DNA of 64,000 nucleotides, taken from assembly GCA_019058275.1 (NCBI GenBank), contig JAHLVW010000066.1:230781-294780 (forward strand). Reading direction: 5' to 3'. Every line of letters starts with the position of its first letter. The first letter of the stretch is position 1. This document shows, in pieces, positions 40,612 through 48,507 of this stretch. The notes beneath the pieces were generated by a model. That model searched no databases. It had not been told where the DNA came from and saw nothing but the letters and a program-made list of their open reading frames with translations. Origin of the DNA: Candidatus Heimdallarchaeota archaeon (lineage in GTDB: Archaea > Asgardarchaeota > Heimdallarchaeia > JABLTI01). The position numbers were made by a program, and so were the translations under genes.

Positions 40612-41082
40612 TCACCCTAGATTTTGTATTTCAAGGTAGAACCAATCACCATTTTCATTCTCAGATTCTTCTTGTCCTACTTCCTTAGATAAAAAACCAA
40701 TATATAAATAGATAGCGATATCCCAACTGCCTTGGTTAATTCCGTTTCCGGAATCCATTTCTAACTCAGCACATATTTGATCATCTTTCAACAAATCACT
40801 TTCCATCATTCTAACGTAAACATATTCATTTACAATAACATCTTCGATATCAAAACTTTTAGCTGGATAGTAATAACCCTCTTCAATATTATATAATTTG
40901 ACATTAGGTGAATTTTTTACATGCCAACCAGAATCATCCTTGTATTTAATTTGTATGTAGAATCTACCATTATCGTCAAAATCATAAGATTGAGTGAGAT
41001 AGATCTTTGTCCAGTCTACATCAATAGTTGTTCTTTCTGCTTTTGTTGGTAAAACCAAGAAAACAGTCGCTATCACGCTCAT
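40612..41082 (-). CDS. Secreted hypothetical protein; signal-peptide start apparently lost
   Basis: Hydrophobic GFFIIFFVAMSVIATVFLVLPTKA-ERT continues upstream of the ATG up to the 41104 element; no basic n-region or upstream start in frame. Confidence 0.6.
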   Translation of the reverse strand: MSVIATVFLVLPTKAERTTIDVDWTKIYLTQSYDFDDNGRFYIQIKYKDDSGWHVKNSPNVKLYNIEEGYYYPAKSFDIEDVIVNEYVYVRMMESDLLKDDQICAELEMDSGNGINQGSWDIAIYLYIGFLSKEVGQEESENENGDWFYLEIQNLG

Positions 41083-41103
41083 AGCTACAAAAAAGATTAT
41101 AAA

Positions 41104-41208
41104 AAATCCTCTGTCGCTGACCGCTCCTCTCGTGCCGACCTACTTCCTCCATCTTGCGATGGAGACCTCCTTCTACGGTCGGAAGAACACGAATAACTAA
41201 GAGGATTT
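41104..41208. repeat. 105-bp GC-rich nested inverted-repeat element (MITE/REP-like or structured RNA)
   Basis: Terminal IR AAATCCTCT/AGAGGATTT; inner stems TCGTG/CACGA and CCGACC/GGTCGG; apical CTCCATC-TTGC-GATGGAG (GCAA tetraloop on the minus strand). Confidence 0.65.
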
Positions 41209-41248
41209 GTTTAAGGCTTTCTGCTTGTGAAGAATGCTTCAGATTTGA

Positions 41249-41830
41249 AGAAGAAATAAAAATTACAAAAAAAATCCATATCTGAAAATTTTAAAGTCCA
41301 GGGATAATCCTTCAAGTAAAAATTTAATTTCTATAGAACACATTATAGCTTATACTTCAACAATAGTTGTTTCTGTATTAATTAGTGGTTTAGTTATTGG
41401 TACCCAAATCGCTCAAACTGGTGGTGTTCTCAGACCCCGAATTAGAAGAACAAGAATTTCTGATCCTTCCATTTCTGATGATTCTGTCCAGCAACCTCGT
41501 CTCTCTGATGAACCTATTCCAGATTATGATAAGAAGCCTCCTACAGAAAGACCCCCTCCAACTGAAGAACCTATTCTACCACCAGAGAAAGAACCTATCC
41601 CCCCTCCTGATGATGAACCACCTCCTGAGAAAACAGCTCCTGATGAGGATCCAGACGATTCTGATAGTGTTCAACAAGAATTAGAAAGCACGATAAAGGA
41701 AACTATTTTGGAATTATTAGAGGAGCTTCGAAAACAAGCTGCTTGCATAACCTGCAATACCAAAGCAATTGGTCCTTATTGCTATCTTTGTGGAGCAGAA
41801 ATTGAATCTTTTGAGGAATCTTCAAACTAA
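41249..41830 (+). pseudogene. Membrane protein with Pro-rich linker, coiled coil and C-terminal zinc ribbon; no canonical start
   Basis: Manual translation, 193 sense codons between TGA 41246-48 and TAA 41828-30: TM IIAYTSTIVVSVLISGLVIG, PPTERPPPTEEPILPPEKEPIPPPDDEPPP, ELLEELRKQ, CITC...CYLC. Missed by the ORF track. Confidence 0.7.
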
Positions 41831-41860
41831 AATCCAATAGTTTTGATTTCTTAATTCACT

Positions 41861-42630
41861 TCAATTAATAGATGAATGTTTATTGTACAGATTCATCAAT
41901 TGTTCCAAGTGCTCTTTGTTTACTCGAGTATAGAATTTCTTCTTTTCAAAATTACGTAAGAAGAGTTCAATCATTGTTTCTTGATCTAATTGTTTTTCAG
42001 TTGCTTCCTCAAAAACGATGGCCATAGTAATTAGTCTTATTGTTACTTGTTTCATGAGGTTTATTGCGTTCAAGTATCTCTTCCAACCCCATGCATCTAT
42101 CCTCGGTATTATCAGAAACCTGTCAAGTGATACTTTTAGTAGAGCAATAAAACCAATAACTACGATATTAAGAATTATTGATTCTATCCTACTCTCTATT
42201 TTTTGTGATAGAAATGTTACAAGTAGAATTAAGCTGACAGAGACTAGAATATCTATTACAGATATTAGTATTGATATGTATTGAATGTGTTACGCATTCT
42301 TTTAACTTTCAGTTTTGTGCGTCTGCTAGTATTTGAAAGAATTTCCTTGTAGTTAGGTATTTTCTCTCTTAGTTTTTTACCAACCTTTTCTTGTCGAACA
42401 ATAACGCTTTCTTGTGCTTTTTTAAAAGCCCAATGGAGGTCATAACGTTCTCGTTCAAAATAAATTCCGTGTAGATCTTTGCAGATATCTTCAGATTTAG
42501 CTATCATCTCAGCTTTGTCCTCAATGTATCCACAATCTGAGAATTTGGGATATACTTCATCGATGTAAACTTGCAATTCGTTGCAAATCGATATCTCAGA
42601 TATATCACATAATAACTCTTGTTCACTCAA
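41861..42630 (-). pseudogene. Membrane hypothetical protein split by a 1-nt frameshift (or sequencing error)
   Basis: Adding one A at ~42290 (CGT AA[A] CAC ATT CAA) joins 42265-42630 to an open frame HIQYISILISVIDILVSV...WGWKRYLNAINLMKQ that runs into ORF 41861-42073. Confidence 0.75.
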
Positions 42631-43766
42631 CCTTTTTCACCCAATATTTCATGAGCTTCCTTCAATTTCTCAATTATTGGTATACCTTGTGGACATTTTT
42701 CTTCGCATTCACCACATTCAATACATTCAGTTGCTTGCTTCCCTGGAGCAATTGGTGAATTACCTATCATTTGATAGTATCTCTTAGCCATGTCCCATCC
42801 GTATACTTGCCAGTGAATTAACTGCTTTAGAATTCTTGTTATATTTACTCCTTGTTCGCATGGTTCGCAATAACCACATTGTGTGCAAATTAAATCTGAT
42901 AGCTCTTTGTATGTTTTATCAATCTTCTTTGTAAGTTCTTTTTCTTTATCTGTCAGAGTGATAATTTCATCATTTGCTAATTCAAGATTTATTTTTACCA
43001 TTTCTTCTGAACCCATACCAGATAATGCTAATGTAACATTAGGATTGCTCCAGACATGTTTGAAAGCCAAGTCTACAAAATCCTCCTTTCCAGGTGTTAA
43101 ACAATCCTTCAATTCATCTGGTGGTGCTAGAGCTAACCTTCCACCAGCAACTGGACCCATAATACAAACTCCCATGCCATTCTTTGCCGCATGCTCGATA
43201 ACTTTAGCATTGCTATCATCTATAATATTATACTGTAGAAGAATTACCTCAAATTCACCAGTATCTATCAGCTTTATGATATTCTCTGGTTTATCATGTG
43301 ATGAAAGTCCTATGTGTTTGATTTTTCCTTCCTCTTTAGCTTTTTTTGCAAGATCTAGTAATCCTAATTTCAGAACCTTGTTTTCATATACTTCGTATTT
43401 TAAACCATGGAAAAGGTAAACATCGATATATTCTGTATCGTATCTTTTCAATTCCTCATCTAGAAGTTTAGTATAATCATCGGGTTCCTCGACCATTCTG
43501 ACAGGATTTTTTGTCATTATGCTAACTTTTTCTCTGTAACCATCTTTGAGAGCTTTACCAACTAGTACTTCGCTTTGCCCTCTATGGTAAACATAAGCAG
43601 AATCAATATAGTTAACTCCCCCATCTATTGCTTGTCTAATAATCTTGATTGCTTCATCTTCTATTATTGTTGTTGGATCATCTTCTTTACTCGTTGGTAA
43701 ACGCATTGCTCCAAAACCCAATATTGAAGCTTTTATTCCTGTTTTTCCTAATTGACGGTAGTGCAT
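42627..43766 (-). CDS. Aldo/keto reductase with C-terminal 4Fe-4S dicluster domain
   Basis: YRQLGKTG, GFGAMRLP, IDSAYVYH, CTQCGYCEPC, CIECGECEEKCPQ. Confidence 0.93.
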   Translation of the reverse strand: MHYRQLGKTGIKASILGFGAMRLPTSKEDDPTTIIEDEAIKIIRQAIDGGVNYIDSAYVYHRGQSEVLVGKALKDGYREKVSIMTKNPVRMVEEPDDYTKLLDEELKRYDTEYIDVYLFHGLKYEVYENKVLKLGLLDLAKKAKEEGKIKHIGLSSHDKPENIIKLIDTGEFEVILLQYNIIDDSNAKVIEHAAKNGMGVCIMGPVAGGRLALAPPDELKDCLTPGKEDFVDLAFKHVWSNPNVTLALSGMGSEEMVKINLELANDEIITLTDKEKELTKKIDKTYKELSDLICTQCGYCEPCEQGVNITRILKQLIHWQVYGWDMAKRYYQMIGNSPIAPGKQATECIECGECEEKCPQGIPIIEKLKEAHEILGEKG

Positions 43767-43965
43767 TTTCTTTCCTCTTTGCTAATTCTTTTTCTTATGT
43801 AATTGTTTAAGCGATTAAAAAGAATTGCCTCAAAAGAAATGTCGCTGAATGGCATAAGTTTTGAGTAAACAATTTTTTATATTTTCTTAATATAAATTTT
43901 TTTAATTTGCTCTATTAATCTACAATTTATAAAAATATTAAAATAAATGATGATGAATAGTTACT

Positions 43966-45264
43966 TTGGGAGTTTCTATGAAGAGTGGTAAAAGGAAAAT
44001 TAGTAAGAAAAGGTTAATTCTAATTATATTCTTAATTATTACTTTAATGGAATTAAACCTATCAATGGGATTAGGTTATAAAGTGCATAATCATGATTTT
44101 GAAACTAATAATATGAGTGTTCCATCATGGGGATATAATGATATTAAAATTTCAAATGATTTAGCATTTCTTTCTATTCCACATTCATTTTATGCCAATG
44201 TATTTCCATGGGTTAACTCATTAGAATTGTGGAGCTTAAAAAATTCAAAAAGACCAGTTTTTTTAGATAGTATTTCTTTCAATTTGAGTTTTCCCCATTT
44301 TAGTGGGGCAAATCTGTTCGTTTACAATGATTACATTTTTTATCCTATATGTTTTGATTATGGATCAAGTGCTATAGCAGGTTTCAAAATAATTAGATGT
44401 AATGAAAATTCACTTCAAGAAGTTGGTAGTTTTCAACTAAATAATTCATATTGGATGTCGGGTGATAAAATAATAGTTGAAAATAATATAGCTTATTTTG
44501 TAGCAACTAAAGAAACCTTCAGTTATCTCATGCCCATTAGTATAATCAATTTATCAGCACCTTTCAGTATTAGCTTGTATAATACTACAGGTTACATTCA
44601 CTCAATAATAAAAGATGGAAATATTATCTATTTACTCAAATCCCTAAACTATGAAACAACATTTATTGAAATTATAAATGTTCAAGATATTTTAAATCCA
44701 TATCTAGTTAGTAGTTATCCATTAAATATATCGTATCCTATTAAATTCATAAAAAAAGGCTTACACTTTTTTATTTTAGGAAGAAATGAAATGTCTGTTT
44801 TTAATTTAGATTTAAACTCCACACAATTATTACTTGAATATGGTGAAGATATGAGTTTTTTTAGAGATTTATTGCTAGACAAAAATTTACTTTATTGCGT
44901 GAATCGGGATGAACTTTTCATCTATAATATAACCGAAATAAATGATTTTAGATTGCTAGGCAATTGCTTGAATAGAAAGCAAGGATATGGATTTTATCAT
45001 AAAATGGAGAAGAGAAATGACTATTTGTATATTATTAGAATATCCGAAAAAGAGGAACGATTTTTCTTTGTATTTGATTGTTCAAATCCAAACAATCCTA
45101 GAAAGATATACCCACTAGGTTATGTTTTTCCTGATTTCTGGTTATATGTCGGATGGTTTTCCATTTATTACTCAATTATACTAGCAGGTATAACCACATT
45201 GATTGTGGTGTTTTCTCCATTGATTCGAAGGAGATATAAGACAAAAAAGGAAAACATTAAGTGA
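43966..45264 (+). CDS. LVIVD-like beta-propeller surface protein with C-terminal TM
   Basis: Signal/TM; IINVQDILNP, IYNITE and VFDCSNPNNP repeats; TM followed by RRR. Confidence 0.75.
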   Translation: MGVSMKSGKRKISKKRLILIIFLIITLMELNLSMGLGYKVHNHDFETNNMSVPSWGYNDIKISNDLAFLSIPHSFYANVFPWVNSLELWSLKNSKRPVFLDSISFNLSFPHFSGANLFVYNDYIFYPICFDYGSSAIAGFKIIRCNENSLQEVGSFQLNNSYWMSGDKIIVENNIAYFVATKETFSYLMPISIINLSAPFSISLYNTTGYIHSIIKDGNIIYLLKSLNYETTFIEIINVQDILNPYLVSSYPLNISYPIKFIKKGLHFFILGRNEMSVFNLDLNSTQLLLEYGEDMSFFRDLLLDKNLLYCVNRDELFIYNITEINDFRLLGNCLNRKQGYGFYHKMEKRNDYLYIIRISEKEERFFFVFDCSNPNNPRKIYPLGYVFPDFWLYVGWFSIYYSIILAGITTLIVVFSPLIRRRYKTKKENIK

Positions 45265-45325
45265 AAATTATTACTCAGTATTATTTGATTAGTATTCATT
45301 TAAATACTAGTATGAATCAAGTGAT

Positions 45326-45360
45326 TATAGTAAACTACTATACTATAGTGAATTACTATA
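45326..45360. promoter_or_regulatory. Tandem palindromic operator TATAGT-N5-ACTATA x2
   Basis: TATAGT-AAACT-ACTATA (45326-45342), C, TATAGT-GAATT-ACTATA (45344-45360), ending 34 bp upstream of the AbrB-like gene. Confidence 0.65.
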
Positions 45361-45394
45361 AATCAAATAAATGAGAGATAAGTAGTTTTTCTGG

Positions 45395-45778
45395 GTGCCG
45401 GTAATGATAAACAAGAAGAGTTTACATTCTACTATTAACCTAAATATCTCTGAGAATCACAACCTTCTTTATTACAATATCCCTAAAGAAATTGTTCAAA
45501 AATTAGATCTAAATGATAAAGATCTTTTAGAGTACGACATTCGAGAGGATAATTTCTTCGTTCGAAAGAAAGGCTCTCAATCTTTGCCTGTGAATACAAA
45601 TAACAATATCTTTTCAGGATTACTAGTTGAACGGAATATAACACGAAATAATACCGTCCTAAGAACAAATTTACCCAAAGAGGTTGCTCAACCTTTGATT
45701 ATAGCTAAGGGCGATCAAGTTGAGATAACCATCGAGGGGAAGGTCATTGTAGGCCGAAAAATAAGCTCAAAAGAATAA
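45395..45778 (+). CDS. Tandem AbrB/MazE/SpoVT-domain DNA-binding protein
   Basis: Two swapped-hairpin units: NIPKEIVQKLDLNDKDLLEYDI and NLPKEVAQPLIIAKGDQVEITI. Confidence 0.8.
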   Translation: MPVMINKKSLHSTINLNISENHNLLYYNIPKEIVQKLDLNDKDLLEYDIREDNFFVRKKGSQSLPVNTNNNIFSGLLVERNITRNNTVLRTNLPKEVAQPLIIAKGDQVEITIEGKVIVGRKISSKE

Positions 45779-45795
45779 CAGCAGGAGAAAAAATA

Positions 45796-48495
45796 TTGCG
45801 TGTAAGAGAACGAATTATGGTGACATTCATCGTATTACTCATTCTTCCGCCAATCATTATGATTACGGTTTCAAGTGTACGAATAAGTCAAATTTCGCGG
45901 GAGAATGCAACCGATTCTTCTGTAGCCTTACTAGCTGAAGAATTAGAACATCTTCAACGGTTGTCTTCAGATGAATCGCAAAAAATCAACGAGCTATTCG
46001 ATCAGATAGTTGCAGAAGTGACTATACTCGATAGCTATACGGAAGATTTGTTTGATAACAAAATTCCGGTAACACCATATCAATCCTATTGGTGGGATGA
46101 ACAAGAAGAAAAGATTGAAACACTTCGTGATATTCCTGGGATACATGACAACGATGATTATGAATCGCGTATTTCATTTGATGCTAGTTGTTATTATATA
46201 CCAAGGGATAAGATTGCTACTGCATTAGGTGGAGATCCCTTTAATTGGACACCTGACCTTCAATACTTGCTTGATATTTCATCCAATATGGATATTGCTT
46301 TTAAGAACATGCATGAAGCAAATGAAAATTACATTTGGATTTATGGTGCTTTTGCAGATCCTACATTTTCACTCTTTAGAAACTATCCTTATGATTCTAT
46401 GGAGTGGACACAATATGACGAAAACGATAATCCAGTTTCACCAGAGGATGATTGGGATCCACTAGAGTTTGATTGGTACACAAACGCTGCTAGTATAACT
46501 GATAATAGTACTGCATTTACTTCACCTTATTTCGATCCAATTGGTTTAATTATCTCAGTTGGTAGACCTATTAGATTCGAAAATGATACCCTCATAGGTG
46601 TTGTTAGTGTAGATATCACTATTGAAACAATGCAACAAAGTATCTTGAATCTAGATGTCAGTGAGAATGGTTATGCTTTCCTAATTGATGCGAATGGAGA
46701 CACAATTACTCATCCAGATCTTATAGATGAAGCTATTGACATCATGGATTTGGAAATGACTGGTGCATCATCTTTGGAAAGAAATGCTTTTGAGGACATC
46801 ATTGATAACATGATAACTGGACAATCAGAATTACAAACCTTCACAAAGAGTGGAGATTTGTGGTATATCTCATATAGTCCAATCAGCACAACAGGTTATT
46901 CATTAGCATTAATTGTTCCAGAAATGGATATCTTAGCACCTATTAATCAACTTAGAGATGACATACTTGCCAGAAGTCGAAACAATATTTTGATTTCAGT
47001 TGGTTTGCTTCTATTAGCCTTAGTTCTTATTGTATTTGTATCATTTAGTGTCTCAAAGCGAACTGTTGAACCAATTCAAGATTTCATAGACTTTTCTGAA
47101 AGAGTTGGAAAAGGAGATCTCTCAAGAGACTTGGATGAGGACGAAATAATCCCGAGGGAGATTCAGGGATTACATGAAGCGTTAGATGGGTTACTTACAG
47201 CTTTACGATTCGGTAATACTGATTATTATGAAGGAAATCTGGATCTTGCGTTTAACAATTACCTAAAAGCATTGAAGCTATTTGAAACAACCAAAGACCA
47301 AATAGGTATTGGTGTTTGTCTTAACAATCTCGGTAATGTTTATCGAGAATGGGGCGACTTACCAAAAGCAAAAGAGTTCTATTCAAAAGCAATTGCTGTT
47401 GCTGAAAATCTTCAAGACAACATTGGTCTTGCTTCGAGATATAACAACTATGGTTTAATTCTCTTAGACAGTGGAGAATTAGATGAAGCTCAGAAATACG
47501 TTGATAGAGCTTTGAAAATAAATGAAGATCTTGGTAAAATAAGAGGTCGAGTTCTTTGTTTGAATAATCTTGGTTTGATTCATTTCAAATTAGGTTCAGT
47601 CAAATTAGCATTCCAATATTACCAAGATGCAATAAAGCTAGCAAAAGAAGATGATTTTGTTAGAGGTGTTGCTCACAGTCTGCTTAACTTAGCGGTATTT
47701 TATCTCGAGCAATATGATGTTCACAGCTCAAAAACACACATGCAAGAAGCTTTAGAGAATGCTCGTATGGTAAATGATGTTTTACTTGAAGAAGAAATTC
47801 TAGAACGATTGAAGCTTGTTGAGCGTGATTTAGGAGACGACGCTAGTCAAGAGCAAATTAGACAAACACTAGAAGCACTAAGAGGTAAGGGAACTCCACA
47901 GAAAAGCGTTCTATATGTTTTGGATTACAGCGGTTCAATGAGCGGATCACGTAGTAGAGCATCTGTCAGAGGTTCACTTGATCTATTTAACACTGCAATA
48001 GATGATAGGGATACTGTTGGAATTATCACTTTCCATACAATAAGTCATATGATTCTGAAACCAACACAAGTAAGACGTAATCGAACAATGATTACGAATT
48101 CTTTGAAACGTCTAACCAGACCAAACGGTAATACAGCAATGTGGGATGCATTAGCAGATGCTATCGCTACTCTAGGTACCGTTGGAGGAACTCAGAAATG
48201 GCTAGTACTTCTAACAGATGGAGAAGACAACTCAAGTAGTAAATCAGCAAACGATATCAAGCATTTAATCAGGAAGTTGAAATACAATTTGTACATGGTA
48301 GTAATTAGTGTGGGTGAAATTGGTTCAGATGAAGCAATTTTAGTTGAATTCTGCGACACAGTCAATGGCACATTCATCAAAGTTGATGACTCTCGAAGTG
48401 TCCATAAACAAATCGAGAAAGCTTTCAAGACTGTGGGTCAATTGATGTCCCAGGCTCAGGTATCAGTAGAGGGTCTGGTATTGGATGATTTGTGA
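45796..48495 (+). CDS. Membrane receptor: TM-dCache-TM-HAMP-TPR-vWA
   Basis: TM1; dCache (FRNYP, DWY, FTSPYFD, GVVSVD, GYAFLID..HP); TM2; HAMP (EPI...VGKGDL...EI..L); about five 40-aa TPRs (LNNLG); vWA with MIDAS DYSGS, GNT, LTDGED. Confidence 0.88.
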   Translation: MRVRERIMVTFIVLLILPPIIMITVSSVRISQISRENATDSSVALLAEELEHLQRLSSDESQKINELFDQIVAEVTILDSYTEDLFDNKIPVTPYQSYWWDEQEEKIETLRDIPGIHDNDDYESRISFDASCYYIPRDKIATALGGDPFNWTPDLQYLLDISSNMDIAFKNMHEANENYIWIYGAFADPTFSLFRNYPYDSMEWTQYDENDNPVSPEDDWDPLEFDWYTNAASITDNSTAFTSPYFDPIGLIISVGRPIRFENDTLIGVVSVDITIETMQQSILNLDVSENGYAFLIDANGDTITHPDLIDEAIDIMDLEMTGASSLERNAFEDIIDNMITGQSELQTFTKSGDLWYISYSPISTTGYSLALIVPEMDILAPINQLRDDILARSRNNILISVGLLLLALVLIVFVSFSVSKRTVEPIQDFIDFSERVGKGDLSRDLDEDEIIPREIQGLHEALDGLLTALRFGNTDYYEGNLDLAFNNYLKALKLFETTKDQIGIGVCLNNLGNVYREWGDLPKAKEFYSKAIAVAENLQDNIGLASRYNNYGLILLDSGELDEAQKYVDRALKINEDLGKIRGRVLCLNNLGLIHFKLGSVKLAFQYYQDAIKLAKEDDFVRGVAHSLLNLAVFYLEQYDVHSSKTHMQEALENARMVNDVLLEEEILERLKLVERDLGDDASQEQIRQTLEALRGKGTPQKSVLYVLDYSGSMSGSRSRASVRGSLDLFNTAIDDRDTVGIITFHTISHMILKPTQVRRNRTMITNSLKRLTRPNGNTAMWDALADAIATLGTVGGTQKWLVLLTDGEDNSSSKSANDIKHLIRKLKYNLYMVVISVGEIGSDEAILVEFCDTVNGTFIKVDDSRSVHKQIEKAFKTVGQLMSQAQVSVEGLVLDDL

Positions 48496-48507
48496 GGTTG
48501 TGATAAC

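Noticed and set aside
41104-41208. Integron attC site, tRNA or CRISPR repeat
   Set aside because: No RYYYAAC/GTTRRRY boxes at the ends, no cloverleaf or T-loop, and only one copy seen in the window.
41397-41684. 95-aa ORF in the track
   Set aside because: Alternate-frame shadow of the longer Pro-rich zinc-ribbon frame 41249-41830.
42018-42284. 88-aa plus-strand ORF
   Set aside because: Antisense to the frameshift-restored membrane gene 41861-42630.
42883-43419. 178-aa plus-strand ORF, and the many other short antisense or overlapping ORFs in the track
   Set aside because: They lie within well-supported genes on the opposite strand or frame and have no motifs.
45395-45778. AbrB/MazE antitoxin of a toxin-antitoxin pair
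   Set aside because: No PIN, MazF or Doc toxin is adjacent; the downstream gene is a membrane receptor.
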